Positions 29,941 to 52,358 are shown, numbered from the stretch's first letter. The stretch is 64,000 nucleotides of DNA from the human T2T-CHM13v2.0 reference genome, Homo sapiens (GCA_009914755.4 CP086569.2:4608001-4672000), one strand, 5' to 3'. A program made the numbers and translations. The notes: a model not told the origin generated them from the sequence alone.

Positions 29941-30010
29941 TTTATTCTTCAATGAAATATTCATTGTTCTTCAATGAAATATTCATTATTCTTCAATGAA
30001 ATAATTCAAC
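29941..30010. repeat. Tandem repeat of about 3 copies of a ~24-bp unit (ttcttcaatgaaatattcattg/at).
   Basis: Direct reading. Confidence 0.85.
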
Positions 30011-31639
30011 CGATAAGTTTAAATCATTGTTAATTAAGACAATATTATATACTTGAAATTTATATTAATTTTAAGTGTTCAGTTCTAGTTTTATTGTTCA
30101 TACACTGAGCCCTCTTACACACTACCTCAGAAGATGAATATGAGAGCATGATTGCAAATTTCTTTGAAATTTCTCCCCAGCAAAGACTGATTCAGAAAGC
30201 CACATGGGAGAAGCAAAGAAAAGCCAGAGAACACATTCTTTCCTGATCTCTTATATTTGTTCAGAAATACGAAACAACATAAATTGAATTCCAGTTATAG
30301 GTAAAAATGGGGCCATTTCTAGAAAGATGTCTGTGATGGCTCAGACTAGCTCCAATTATATTGCCTTTCTCATTCAAAAAAATTGATCTCCTATTGGCTG
30401 CAGAGAATAATTTGTCTTTTTTATCTGTGATCAAATGAAGATTCATACCTGGTTTCACCGGGAAGTTTAGGATATTGTTGAAAAAAACACTCTTACAAGA
30501 ACTAATTGCACATGACGCTGGAATTAGAATTAATATCTGCTGAGCATTTTACAATTCACAAAGCACATCTATATGTATTATCCTATTTGGTCTCCTAGCA
30601 AACCTGTGAGGAAATATTATTCCCATTTTACAAATAAGGCTCAGAATCTCTGCCTCTTATGGCTGAAACTTTTTTTTTCTACAACAATTTGACTTACCAT
30701 ATGAGAGATGCCAAATAATAGTTGCAATGCCATATATTGCACATGAAATGTATATTTTTAGAGAATCTATGAAACATCCAAATGCTGCTACTATTTTTGA
30801 TAGCATCTTTCATTTAAAACTCTAATTGTTGACTTCTAATATGAACTGAATTACCCTTTAAGGCAATCACTGCAAATAGAAAGTTCTTCATATACAGTAT
30901 TTTCCCAAATTCTTCGTTAAAATCAAAGTACCTTGCAATGAGTTTTACCCTGAGGTTCCAATATTTTAACAATGAAAAGTCTTTTATTAGTCTGGCATAG
31001 AAAAACATCGAATACATCTGCTTAGGAGGAATGAGAAGTTCTTCCTGTAAGATGAAGGTACTAACTCAAGAAGGGAACTTTGGGAACTCCAAAGCTTGTT
31101 CAGTTCCTACTTTATTTTTATCATAAAAATGTGGCATCTTTCCTACTGCTACTATCTAGGTTAGTAGTCAAGGCCTATGTTTTACAATAAATTATTTTAA
31201 GCCATGTTTCATATCCCTTCCTTTGCCTCAGCCACAGAATTCCGAAAAAGCAAAAGTAGAATAATCTCTCTTAGGAGGCTTCTCATTGTACAACTGCAGT
31301 ATATCCAATACTGACATTTGGGTTATAAGAATTCTCCTCAGTCTACCAATCCTAAATATACCCTAGTTTAACATACTCATTATGTCCCTTGCCAAAAAGC
31401 AGTTAGAGAGAGATTGAGAGAGATGGACTATGATATTTAAGTATATCACATGCCTTTAAGCTTTTGTATACAATCAAAAACAACTTTAAATTAGAAAAAG
31501 CTTATTATGTCATCATCCTCTCATTTTAACTACCAAGAAATAACTGTGCAATGACCACTGTGAACATGGTCCCATTATATATGTGATGGGGTTTTCAAAA
31601 GCCTGTTTATAGACAGTAGTGGCTTTCAAAGAATTTTTT

Positions 31640-31905
31640 TTCTTTCTTTTTTTGAGACAGAGTTTTGCTCTGTCACTCAGGCTGGAGTGCAGTTGTGCGA
31701 TCTTGGCTCACTGCAACCTCTGCCTCCCAGGTTCAAGCGAATCTCCTGCCTCAGCCTCCTGAGTAGCTGAGATTACAGGTGACTGCCACTACGCCTGGTT
31801 AATTTCTGTATTTTTAGGAGATACGGGGTTTCACCATGTTGGCCAGGCTGATCTCGAACTCTTGACCTCAGGTGATCTGCCCACCTCGGCCTCCACCTGG
31901 CAACC
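31640..31905 (-). mobile_element. Alu SINE (AluS/J-like), truncated at its 5' end by about 40 bp. Its A-tail reads as a T-rich run at 31640-31660.
   Basis: Reverse-complement Alu consensus (gagacagagttttgctctgtcactcaggctggagtgcag...ggcctcc). Confidence 0.9.
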
Positions 31906-32039
31906 TTCACAGAATTTCTAATGACAGTACAAATACATTCACACTGTGTCACTAAAGGGAATGAGAATAAAGACTACCATTAATATTTCCTACAAAGGTT
32001 ACAAATGGTCAGTCATTGTCAGTCACTTACTTAAGCAAC

Positions 32040-36250
<4,211 letters not shown>

Positions 36251-36959
36251 TTTTATCTCTTCAGTGCCTCTTTCAGAAATATGAAGTTAAAACTAGTGCT
36301 ATGAGCGCTTACTTGGTTTTTGGTTGTCATGAAGGTGCTTTTTCTGTGTAGATGCTTGCTAACTGGGTGTTTGTTGGGAGTGGGAGATGATCAATGGAGC
36401 CTTCTATTCCACCATCTTTCTCTGTCTTCTCTATTCTGTGAGAGTTTAAATGTCACATCTGTTTTTGACATTCAAATATCTGTAATTTTATTTTGCTTTG
36501 TAAACACGTGGTCACAAACCAGACAAATAAAGATTAAAGCTATAATTATTTAAAACCTTTTAGACTGGACTTCTAACTTCTGTTATAAATCTATCACCTA
36601 AAGCGTCTTTGTTACCCAATGTATGCCTTGAAGACCAGCAGCATCAAAATTGCCTGTGAATATCAGAGAAATGAAAAGTCTCAGTCTCCTCCCATATGAA
36701 CAGTATCATAATCTGTATTTTAACAAGGTACCAAGTGATTTACGTGCCCACAAAAGTTTCATGTAACAGAAAGAACAACAAACTGGGATTTAAGCCTAGC
36801 TCTGCTCCTTTGGCTTTCCTGTCTGTTTCTCCACCTATAAAGAGCAATAATTCTGAAATGACTACCTCAGAGTTAATATACAAATGGTATTAGCATTTAT
36901 GTGAAAGTATTATGAAATTGAAGACATTAAGATAGCTTAAAACAATATGGTTGTTGATC

Positions 36960-37360
36960 TTCTTAGGAAAAGATTCAAGGGTGGAAATGTAAAAGGGGAA
37001 AACAGATGAGAAGGTGAGTAATGCAATGAATGCTTACCAAAGAAGTTATCCTGGATTATCCCAGTGGGCCCTAAATCCAATGACAAGTGTTCTTATGAGA
37101 ACAAGGCAGAGGGATATTAGGCCTAAGAGGAAAAGGCAATTTGACCAAGGAGGCAATGATCGCTGTGATGCAGCCATGAATAAAAGAAAGGCTATCACCC
37201 TCAGAAGCTGGAGAAAGCAACAAATGAATTCTCCTTGAGAGGCTTCTGAGGAAGCACAACCCTGATGACACCTTAATTTTGGACTTCTGGCATCCAAAAC
37301 TGAGAGAAAAATAAATATCTTTTGTTTTAAGCCACTAAGTTTGTGAGAATTTGTTACAGC
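36960..37360 (+). mobile_element. MaLR LTR fragment (MLT1-like).
   Basis: It matches the MLT1 consensus I remember (...gggccctaaatccaatgac.agtgt.cttat.ag.a...acaccttaattttggacttctggc.tccaaaactgagagaaaataaat.tcttttgttttaagccac.aagtttgtg..a.tttgttacagc.gccc). Confidence 0.6.
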
Positions 37361-37712
37361 GGCCCATAAAGGTGGGGAAAAAGGAAGAAAGGCATCTATG
37401 TCAAAGAAGAAAGCATGAACTCACATTCTGTGCACTTTGCAAACAAATGGTAGCTCTTTGTCCAATAGAAAACAATAATGCTGAAGATAATAATAGGAAC
37501 AACTAATAATAATAATGAGCTTAACACACTTTAAAGTATTTTTAAAGCTTTTAAATGATTTGAAGATGCAGAATCTCAATCATTTTCTCTTTGTATATGT
37601 CAGTAAATTGACACTGAAGCTAGTTACCTCTACCCAATCCAAAAATTCTGTAGATAGTTAACTGGGGGGAGGGGAAAGCCAAACAATGCCAGACAATGCT
37701 TAGTAACATATT

Positions 37713-37736
37713 AAAAAAAAAAAAAAAAAAAAAAAA
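37713..37736 (+). repeat. Poly(A) homopolymer of 24 A.
   Basis: Direct reading. No recognisable retroposed body lies upstream. Confidence 0.95.
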
Positions 37737-38374
37737 CAAAGCTAGCCACACAAACACAAGTAAACTAACCAACGTGTCTCGGTGTATTAGTTTCCTAGGG
37801 CTGCCATTCTCAAGTTATTTTATACGCTTGCATTTTACTGTGCTTTCTCTGTATTTCCTTTGCTAATGAATTCTCTCTTCCTTTCATCCCACTTGCCCCC
37901 TCCTAACTCCTATTCATGCTTTATTTATCAGCCTAAATAAAATCTCTTCTAGGAAGCCTTCCTTGAGCCATTGATCTCTCATCTACCACCCTAACCAATC
38001 CCACCTCCCAGTCACTCGCCCACTAACGTACATAAACACACAGAGTAGGATGCTTTTATGCTGTGGACACACTGCATTCATCACAGCATATTAATAACTC
38101 GGTAGAATGTGAACACACTGCATTCCTGACAGCATATTATTAATAAATCTGTAGAGTGCATGTTTACTTGCCTTCTTCCCTCTATGGACTTTATCCCCAT
38201 CATGAGTAGAACATAGCAGGGGTGAAAAAGGTATTTTAAGATAAATGAATGCATGAATAACCTTTAAAAATACCAACTACCACTTATAAAGTGTTTTCTG
38301 TCTGCCAGACACTGTTCTAAGTGCTTTATGTGTATTAATGTATATCCTTATAAATGACCTATGTTACATACTAT

Positions 38375-38470
38375 CGATGTTCCCATTTTATAGATCAATA
38401 AACTGAGGCAAAAAAAAACTTAGAGCAAAGTAACATAGGAAGTAAACGGTAGAACCAAGTATTTGCATCC
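38375..38470 (+). mobile_element. MIR SINE remnant.
   Basis: ...ttttatagatcaataaactgaggc...agtaacataggaagtaaacggtagaaccaagtatttg resembles the MIR core (ttttacagatgaggaaactgaggc...agtaagtggcagagc..gatttgaac). Weaker MIR-like cores also occur at about 30590-30650 and 42770-42830. Confidence 0.4.
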
Positions 38471-40857
38471 ATGCATTCCCACTGCAGACTCCAGGTTCTT
38501 AACCATTATTTTAAAAACATAATAGCTAACACAGAATTTATCACACACCAGACATTCTTTTAACTCATCTACATATGTTGATACATTTAATCTCAACACA
38601 TTCATTCAACAAGCGAATGATACGGGCATAACTAGCACCAATAGTGCCTGCATGTCTAAAACTTGGGGGCATGAAACCTGTTTCCGCCAGAGAACTATTT
38701 GTTGTTTAACTAATAAAAGGCAATGCTATCAATTCACATTTGTGAATCAATTGTATTCAAAGCACTTACACACATAAGGTAACCTCTTTTTTCTCTGGGG
38801 CACAATAATTTAAAATAATAACATTAGCAACATTACTTTCCAGTTTTATTTTACATTTTAAATCTTATGTTGTGTGAAGTTGTGCCCAATTTCAGCCTGC
38901 CACAGGATTCCAAGGTAACAACTTGCAAAGCAGCCCTTTAATCACTAGAATTAGTATTTCAGTGGATTTTTGTATGGCAGGTATAGCATGAGTAATGACC
39001 CTGTATAACTCAGTAAGATATGATGATGAAAACTTAGGAGCTTCATGTTGAAAGAGTCCCAACTGGAAGTTAAGAGAGCTAGCTTCAACCTCGGACACTA
39101 ACTGGAAGACAACTTTCCCTGGACCTCAGTTTTTGCATCAGTGAAATTACACGGGGAATGAGCTCTTTATAACTCTAGATGCCTAATTCTGTAAAGCCAC
39201 AAACTACTCATGAAATGTAATCTAATTATTTTATAATATCACTTCCAGCCAGCTTGGCAAAACTAATAAATTGTGGCTCTCTTTTCCTGGCTGGTGAGAC
39301 ATATAAGATAAAAACATGAGCATTATTTACCCAGGATCACAGGTTTGACTAGTAATGAGGACTCTGTCTCTAAAAATCATAGCATTGAATAGAAACTCCT
39401 TTGAGAATATCAATAGTATGCCATGTGTGAGCAGGAAATTACCATCGTGATACCAGTAGATAGCATGTTAACAGAGTATTAATTATGAAGCAGTGCTAAC
39501 TGAATAATACATGGCAGTTATTAAGAGGAGATTTTCAAGGGTCGATATGCTATGACTCAACTGCCAGTCAGTAATGAGATAATACACTACAGAGCCCAGG
39601 TACAAAGAATTGCTGGTGCCAGTGATAAGGATGCGTGATAGCTATCTGGAACTAAAAATCATGGTCTATACATGGTATGAGCTAAGATTTATAAATCTTC
39701 CGGCAGAAAGAGCTATTCAAGCAGTTATAAACCACACATCTGGTAAGCTGTTTTTATGGATCTTGAGTGCAGAGCTAATGAGGCCAGGATAAAACCTCAG
39801 TAGGAAGTCATTTTATAAGATTGCCTCTTTCCTTTTCAGGCATTGTGTAGAATAATAGTAAATATCAAATTGCAACAGAATTACTAAATAAGTAAAGAAT
39901 AGCTTAGCTACCTCTTGAGTGAAGGAGACAACAGAAAAAAAAAATAAAGAGACAAAAGAATCTGTTTTTAGAGCTTCTTACAAGAAAATATGGTTTTAAT
40001 AAATGTTATTGAGTATGAAGAAGTCAGTCATGTCATAAATTCAGGAAGCATCAGATTTACCAAGCATTTATTTTTAGCTCTAGCAAGAGTAAAGAGAATT
40101 CATTAAAATATTACCATGGCAAAACATGAAGCTAAAAGTGATATCACAGTCACATGATTTATTTTCAACAAAAAAAAATTGCATTAACATTGACTTATAG
40201 TATTTCCTTGAAATATAAGACATCTCTCTCCTTTTAGTTAAAGGTCATTTAACCAGCAAGGCAATGGCCTTGTAAAAAAAATTCCTGATAATGCTATTAA
40301 GAAACTAACCTTCTAGCGTGGATGGAGGACAGGAACCAGGAATAGGAGTTCCAAGTTAACAGACATAAATAAACAAAAATATAAAAGATTCTGAAAAATA
40401 TTTTAATTGTTATGTTTTCTTTATTAGGCTATTTTTTTTTTTCATGGTCTCAGTAGTCACTAAAGGCATTCACAGAGAGCATTCTTCTTGATAAAGGAAA
40501 ATAAATTCAAATAAAAGACTGCACTAGATGTAGAACCCAAGTCTTTTCGAAATGAAAGGGGCCTTAAAGATCTTCCAGTAACTCCTGGAAAATTTTCCAA
40601 AGGAACAATTTTGTTTCTCAGAGCAGCCTACTCTCTAACATATTCCAGCTGTCCAGTTAGGTAAGCCAGTGCAATCAGGGAGAACACAGATGAACCAGAT
40701 AAACAACAACAAAAAGATCACTTGGAAAAAAAAGGGTTACTGTCAAGTAATTCAAACTTTGTAATATGAAAGTGTCAGTGTGATAAAACTGCTGATAAAA
40801 TAGCCTGCAGCCATTTTTCCAAAACAGAAAGATGGCACTAATATTGTTTTTCTTTTA

Positions 40858-41030
40858 TTTTAAATTTCATTATTATAATACTTTAAGTTTTAGGGTACAT
40901 GTGCACAACGTGCAGGTTTGTTACATATGTATACATGTGCCATGTTGGTGTGCTGCACCCATTAACTCGTCATTTAGCATTAAGTATATCTCCTAATGCT
41001 ATCCCTCCCCGCTCCCCCCACCCCATAAGC
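40858..41030 (-). mobile_element. Heavily 5'-truncated L1PA (L1PA4-8-type) 3'UTR end fragment, antisense.
   Basis: The RC reads ...ggagggatagcattaggagatatacttaatgctaaatgacgagttaatgggtgcagcacaccaacatggcacatgtatacatatgtaacaaacctgcacgttgtgcacatgtaccctaaaacttaaagtat. Confidence 0.8.
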
Positions 41031-41484
41031 AGACCAGCCATGCTTGTTTACTACAGGATTTCTACAGCCATCATTTAGAGAGGCATAGAAGCAGTATTTC
41101 TGAGCTACTGAACAGTAATACAATGCACAAATTTTACAGTGGATAAGCCAGCCTACAAAAGGGAAGAAATGTATTTCATGAAATCTCTCTCCTGTCGATG
41201 TATAACATCCACAGAAACAAAGATGGAGCAAGGTAGCCCACATACTAACCATGACTGAAAATGTACTCTTGTCCCTTGGAATAAGCTTTTAATTCCTATC
41301 TTTGCCCTTCACTCTTTTCTATGATGCTCTGTTCATTGTCCTGCTTCCACCTTCTTTTAGCATTCTTTTTTGCCCCAATAACAGAAAAAACAAAACTATG
41401 TAAAAGATAAAATGTCTTCAATTTCTTACTGTAATAATGTACCCAAACACTCTCTTCCTTCTCCCCACCAACATGCATATGCAA

Positions 41485-41532
41485 ACACACACACAGAGAG
41501 AGAGAGGTTGAGAGAGAGAGAGAGAGAGAGAC
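41485..41532. repeat. (CA)n(GA)n compound microsatellite.
   Basis: Direct reading. Confidence 0.9.
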
Positions 41533-42470
41533 AGATCCACTGAGAATTATTTCTAGGACTGAATGTCCTAGAAGGCAGATGTATCTCTATGTTCTGTTTT
41601 GTTTAGCTATATGTGGTACTTACTACAGAGGTGTAACTACCATATGTATTTAAAAAGCAAATGGTAAATTAATTTTACAAATACAGCATAATTCCTGTGA
41701 TCCAGAGCCACCCATTAAAGTTCAGATATGGAGAATAGAAACAACATTTAGCAAGAACCCTCCCTTATAAACACACATGTGACACCCAGTGATGTTGACA
41801 TGAGCTGTGAATACACGTCTAAAAAGAAGATTTGGTTTACAGTAACCAATGCTACAGTTAATGAAAAGAGCATTTTTGTAGGATTGCAAAATTACACGTA
41901 TCACACCTGTACATGGATTACCTGCCTCCAAAATAAACATCTTCATAAGAAGCAGGGTACATCTGAGTGGCTCTAGCATCTTAACTAAATTAAGACCAAA
42001 ATGGCACCTTTACACAAGGACACAGTATTCTAAAACTCCAAATGAAAACCTTTCTTTAGGAAGTGGAAATCAGCTGCAATTAAGAGATGACACACTCAAA
42101 AATGGCATATGAGAACTGGCAGGTAAAAGGCTTTCCATGAAACAATTTGAGTGTACATTGAGTCTGTACAGTCAATCCCTTGTTATCCATATCAGTCAAA
42201 GGTGGTGATCACACAGAAAATTCATAATTGTGGATACTGAAAAACACAATATTTGGTTTTATATGTCTCAAGCTAGATTCAAATGGGAGAAAAATCTGGA
42301 ATACATTTGTGAATCCACTGTGAAGAATCTGATTCTCTCTTTCTTGTAGTAATCAAATTGGAAAAGCCACTCAGCCTCCAAATTCTGCTTTCACTCTTTC
42401 CAAACCATATGGGAAATTATTACCCAGACTGATACAAAGTAGCCCTGGAAAGCCAAATATACAAACTTGC

Positions 42471-42486
42471 TTTTTTTTTTTTTTTT
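42471..42486. repeat. Poly(T) run of 16.
   Basis: Direct reading. Confidence 0.9.
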
Positions 42487-44738
42487 CTGGCAACTCTCTT
42501 ATAGCAAAAAGCTAAATGCTTTATCCAAAAAGCACTTTATTTCAGGTTTCTCTCTGTCTGGCTAGAATGGGGAAAAGAAAGTTATTTATATAAGCTATTA
42601 TAGTACATAATTACACAGGTAACAAAAGAAAAAAAAATCAATAAGATTTTGAAAGGAATACGTTCTTACCCTAAACCGAATGGAAACAAAAACAACATAG
42701 AAAGTATTAATTCAAAATCAGGCAGACCAACAAAAGTCATGGTTAAAAGAAACCACAGATTTATATAACCTAAACCCTTCATTTTATGGATGAAGAAATT
42801 AACAAGCAGTGAACTGAAATCTTTACTTCAGTTGTGGTCTGTGGGCCAAGCCTAAGCATCACCTGGGAGGTTATTAGAACTGCACAATTTCAGGCCTCAC
42901 TTCAGACCCACAAAATTAGAATCTGCATTTTAACAAAATCTCCACCCCAGATAATTTCTATGTACGTTGAGGTTTAAGAAGTACTTGTTAAATTACTTCT
43001 CCAAGTTATCATTAATCATTTACCATGTATATATTACTCAATGGTAGTAGTCAAATGTGTCAAGAAACCTTTCTTTGAGTAAGAGTAATTCAAGCATACT
43101 TCCCTCTGTCACAGTGAACAAACTATTTCCATAAGCTAAATTAATTATTTTTGAATTCTGCATCACTTCTTCAGGCCTTTTACCCAAGTTATCAAATTAC
43201 TATTTTAGTGCAAATAGGCATTGCCAGAGAATAATTTTGGCATTTAAAGAATCTAGTTTATTCCATGATAAATTCTACAATTCCTTATTTCCTTATGATC
43301 CCTGACTAGGAACCAGGTTATTCTGTATAGAATAAACTGGAACCGGGTCCTCGCTTATTCCATTTATTTGTCCACTCTAAAGCCAGGCATAAAGAAGCAC
43401 AGTATATATTTATTCAATCAGTTGTTGGAAGGCAAGCAAAGAACCAAGTTCTTTGTGGTCAGTAGCATTTGTGTTAATATTCCTTCAAGAAAAATTACTA
43501 GACCATTTTCAAGTCCATTTTTAGTGCACTCTCTTTTATTGGTGGTCAGAAACTGCTTCTTGCTCTCCACTTCAAACTCCTCAGCCATATAGTTCGGCTT
43601 GTCTCTACAGCCAATTGAGCCTATCCTATACTCTAAACAGGTGGCTCTCAACCTGAGGTGATTTGGCCCCACAGGGGACATTTTGCAGTGTCTAGAGATA
43701 TTTTTGGATATTACAACTCTAAGGTGGTGAGTGCTACTGGCATCTACGGAGTAGAGGCCAGGGATGCTGCTAAATATACTACCCAGGCAGCCTTCCACAA
43801 CAAGTAATTAATTATCCAATCCAAAATGCCGATAGTGCTAATGTTGAGAAACCCTTGCCTAGACCCATTCCCAAACTTTTGTAGTCCTTTATCCTCCTCA
43901 GGTTCAGCTATTGCCTTCTATGGGCTGGCTGAGCCATGTCCCAGTTATTAAGATTAATCTCATCTTTAGATAAAAGAGATCCAATCCTGGCTTGATGCCC
44001 TGATCACTGTGTTTGTGCTTCATTCTCAAAATCTAGGCTCTACATTTTGTCTCCATAGTTTTGAGTAACTCAAAGGCTACAAGCTTACGTCACTCTTGCT
44101 CAGTGTCTTCCTAGGTCTTGTTCTCTAATATCACATGACTGGTCTTTATATTACCTATGAGACTTGCCTTACTATTTCCTTCTTTTAGATTTCCCAATTT
44201 TGTTCTCCAACTTTCTGTAGGGTTACCTGCTTATCCCTGGATTTGACACTGTCATTAAACTGAAAACCCCATTTGAGTAAGCATTCATCATAAAAATCCT
44301 GTCAGCTCTTCTCTTGGAAATCGTTCTTTGTCATAAATACTGTGGAAACACAGAGTGTTATAAATTTTATGAGAATAAATACAATATCTTTATTAATATA
44401 TCAGCTTCTTTTTAAAATGATGTAGAAGAAAGTAAATGCAGCACTTAGAAAATGTAGATTGGCTTTCATTCACTATCTGACATTTTCCAGATCAGCATTT
44501 CAGTTTTAAAAAATATATAATGACAAATAATTACTTTCGTATTTCAATTCAGTTGTAACTAAAGGGTAATTTTAGAAAGAACAAATGGTAAGCATAAGCC
44601 AAAAAATGAACCAAAGGGTAATAAATAAACCAAACCCCTAAAATTCATTATCAAAAAGAGCTACAACATTTTCACATTCTCAGAAAAAAATGATTTTATA
44701 GAGATTATCTTTGAATTCAAGCACTTACAGTTTTATTT

Positions 44739-44747
44739 GAAAGTCAC
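44739..44747. repeat. Left target-site duplication (GAAAGTCAC) of the sense young L1.
   Basis: A near-identical GAAATTCAC sits at 50927-50935 directly after the L1 poly(A), with one mismatch. Confidence 0.55.
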
Positions 44748-45782
44748 GGGGAGGAGCCAAGATGGCCGAATAGGAACAGCTCCGGTCTACAGCTCCCAGC
44801 CTGAGCGACGCAGAAGACGGGTGATTTCTTCATTTCCACCTGAGGTACCGGGTTCATCTCACTACGGAGTGCCAGACAGTGGGCGCAGGTCAGTGGGTGC
44901 GTGCACCGTGCGTGAGCCGAAGCAGGGCGAGGCATTGCCTCACTCAGGAAGCGCAAGGGGTCACGGAGTTCCCTTTCCTAGTCAAATAAAGGGGTGACGG
45001 ACGCACCTGGAAAATCGGGTCACTCCCACCCAAATACTGCGCATTTCCCACGAGCTTAAAAAACGGCGCACCACGAGATTATATCCCACATCTGGCTGGG
45101 AATGGGGGGTCCTACACCCATGGAGTCTCGCTGATTGCTAGCACGGCGGTCTGAGATCAAACTGCAAGGCAGCAGCAAGGCTGGGGGAGGAGCACCCGCC
45201 ATTGCCCAGGCTTGCTTAGGTAAACGAAGCAGCCGGGAAGCTCCAACTGGGTGGAGCCCACCACAGCTCAAGGAGGCCTGCCTGCCTCTGTAGGCTCCAT
45301 CTCTGGGGGCAGGGCACAGACAAACAAAAAGACAGCAGTAACCTCTGCAGACTTAAATGTCCCTGTCTGACAGCTTTGAAGAGAGCAGTGGTTCTCCCAG
45401 CACCCAGCTGGAGATCTGAGAATGGGCTCACTGCCTCCTCAAGTGGGTCCCTGACCCCTGACCCCCAAGCAGCCTAACTGGGAGGCACCCCCCCAGCAGG
45501 GGCAGACTGACACCTCACACGGCCGGGTACTCCTCTGAGACAAAACTTCCAGAGGAACAATCAGACAGCAGCATTAGCGGTTCAGGAAAATTTGCGGTTC
45601 TGTAGACATCGCTGCTGATACCCAGGCAAACAGGTTCTGGAGTGGACCTCTAGCAAACTCCAACAGACCTGCAGCTGAGGGTCCTGTCTGTTAGAAGGAA
45701 AACTCACAAACAGAAAGGACATCCACACCAAAAACCCATCTGTACATCACCATCATCAAAGACCAAAAGTAAAACCACAAAG
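44748..45782 (+). promoter_or_regulatory. L1 5'UTR with sense promoter and antisense promoter, CpG-rich.
   Basis: Same reasoning as for 25540-26445. Confidence 0.7.
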
Positions 45783-46800
45783 ATGGGGAAAAAACAGAAC
45801 AGAAAAACTGGAAACTTTAAAAAGCAGAGCGCCTCTCCTCCTCCAAAGGAACGCAGTTCCTCACCAGCAATGGAACAAAGCTGGACGGAGAATGACTTTG
45901 ACGAGCTGAGAGAAGAAGGCTTCAGACGATCAAATTACTCTGAGCTACGGGAGGACATTCAAACCAAAGGCAAAGAAGTTAAAAACTTTGAAAAAAATTC
46001 AGAAGAATGTATAACTAGAATAACCAATACAGAGAAGTGCTTAAAGGAGCTGATAGAGCTGAAAATCAAGGCTCGAGAAATATGTGAAGAATGCAGAAGC
46101 CTCAGGAGCCGATGCGATCAACTGGAAGAAAGGGTATCAGCAATGGAAGATGAAATGAATGAAATGAAGTGAGAAGGGAAGTTTAGAGAAAAAAGAATAA
46201 AAAGAAACGAGCAAAGCCTCCAAGAAATATGGGACTATGTGAAAAGACCAAATTTACGACTGATTCGTGTACGTGAAAGTGACAGGGAGAATGGAACCAA
46301 GTTGGAAAACACTCTGCAGGATATTATCCAGGAGAACTTCCCCAATCTAGCAAGGCAGGCCAATGTTCAGATTCAGAAAATACAGAGAACGCCACAAAGA
46401 TACTCCTCGAGAAGAGCAACTCCAAGACACAGAATTGTCAGATTCACCAAACTTGAAATGAAGGAAAAAATGTTAAGGGCAACAGAGAGAAAGGTTGGGT
46501 TACCCTCAAAGGGAAGCCCATCAGACTAACAGCAGATCTCTCGGCAGAAACCCTACAAGCCGGAAGACAGTGGGGGCCAATATTCAACATTCTTAAAGAA
46601 AAGAATTTTCAACCCAGAATTTCATATCCAGCCAAACTAAGCTTCCTAAGTGAAGGAGAAATAAAATACTTTATAGACAAGCAAATGCTGAGAGATTTTG
46701 ACACCACCAGGCCTGCCCTAAAAGAGCTCCTGAAGGAAGCGCTAAACATGGAAAGGAACAACCGGTACCAGCTGCTGCAAAATCATGCCAAAATGTAAAG
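45783..46800 (+). pseudogene. L1 ORF1 pseudogene.
   Basis: The first 129 aa are intact (MGKKQNRKTGNFKKQSASPPPKERSSS...NEMK). A TGA then occupies 46170-46172 where the consensus has CGA (Arg): a CpG>TpG nonsense change. The reading resumes (MKRPNLRLIRVRESDRENGTK...) and frameshifts near 46500, after ...RATERKVGLPSKGSPSD. Confidence 0.9.
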
Positions 46801-46846
46801 ACCATCGAGACTAGGAAGAAACTGCATCAACAAACGAGCAAAATAA

Positions 46847-50688
<3,842 letters not shown>

Positions 50689-50926
50689 ACAATGAGAACA
50701 CATGGACACAGGAAGAGGAACATCGCACTCTGGGGACTGTTGTGGGGTGGGGGGAGTGGGGAGGGAGAGCATTGGGAGATATACCTAATGCTAGATGACG
50801 AGTTAGTGGGTGCAGCGCACCAGCATGGCACATGCATACATATGTAACTAACCTGCACAATGTGCACATGTACCCTAAAACTTAAAGTATAATAGTAATA
50901 AAAAAAAAGAAAATTAAAAAAAAAAA

Positions 50927-50935
50927 GAAATTCAC
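50927..50935. repeat. Right target-site duplication (GAAATTCAC) of the sense L1.
   Basis: See 44739-44747. Confidence 0.55.
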
Positions 50936-51814
50936 AAATAGCTTGTTTAAAGCAATTGACTATTTTCAGTGTTGTGACTGCTCTGCTTTGGTGTATATAA
51001 ACATTAAAAAAAGACTTCAGAATTTTTTATTTTCTATTTATAGAGACAAAGAGGAATCATTATTAGTTTTTTTGCCATGTCATATTAATAATCAGTGTTT
51101 ATAGGCCAAACTAAACATAATCGAAAATCACATTTCTTTAAAGAGTCCTTATTATAGAGATAAAGCATCTTCTCTTAAATGTTGTTATATTTTCCATTTC
51201 TAAGAAGTAGTTTAGGTGAAATGAAATGGAGACCCATGAAGTAGATAAATGAGACTGATTAAGAGAATAAGCCAGTTATTTAATCCCAGGAATAAGAAGT
51301 AATGTCTAAGCAGGAATTCATGAATAATAAAAGTTTCAGGGAAAGCACTTTACATGCCTGAGTTTATGACTGTGTTATTTTAAACACTGTCAGAGTCCAT
51401 TCAGCTGGAGTGTAATATTTTGTGTATCAGCACTCCTATTTTAGGATGTACTATAATTTAGAGATAGTGAGTAGTGATCCCTACATAACAGGACTACTAT
51501 TTCCTTTGCCATAATAGCAGTTTGTTTATGATAAAATTTATTTTCATCTAGTCATAGCATATATGATGCTTTCATTTTCATTCATTTCATTGGAGATTAT
51601 AGCCTTAGGTGACAGAGTTATTTTATTTTTCTTCAGAGTCCATTAAGTCATAAAAGTCTGCAGACTACTCCTAGACTTGTGCTCTACTTTACTATAAAAC
51701 AACAAATAAACTGGAACTGTTACAATATGTTCATAACGTTAACATGTTGCTAGCCATAGGAGTTCATATCTTAGTTACATTTTCTCGGGAAATTTGAAAC
51801 CTCTAAAGCTAAAA

Positions 51815-51818
<4 letters not shown>

Positions 51819-51863
<45 letters not shown>

Positions 51864-51878
51864 GTATACACACACACA
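51819..51878. repeat. (TA)n microsatellite of about 20 units, followed by a (TATG)/(CA)n tract.
   Basis: Direct reading. Confidence 0.95.
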
Positions 51879-51993
51879 ATAAAGTACACTTTAAAAAGCA
51901 AAAAAAAATTTCTTTATAAGATTTAATGTAACTACATTTTTTATTTGATTTGTTTTGATTTGTTTTTGCATCAAAGATGATGCAAAGAGTTAA

Positions 51994-52358
<365 letters not shown>

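Noticed and set aside
27000-31600. Possible single-copy exons in the repeat-poor stretches 27000-31600, 38500-44700 and 54000-64000.
   Set aside because: I saw no ORF longer than 80 aa with codon-like periodicity, no obvious splice-site-bounded open segments, no CpG islands outside L1 5'UTRs and no recognisable protein motifs. I cannot run conservation or splice predictors. Cryptic exons or lncRNA exons cannot be excluded, but nothing in the sequence supports calling one.
44739-44747. A longer (>12 bp) TSD for the L1PA3 element.
   Set aside because: Only GAAAGTCAC / GAAATTCAC (9 bp, 1 mismatch) matches. Extending further left or right gives mismatches, and the downstream A-rich tail makes the boundary ambiguous. 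I therefore reported moderate confidence only.
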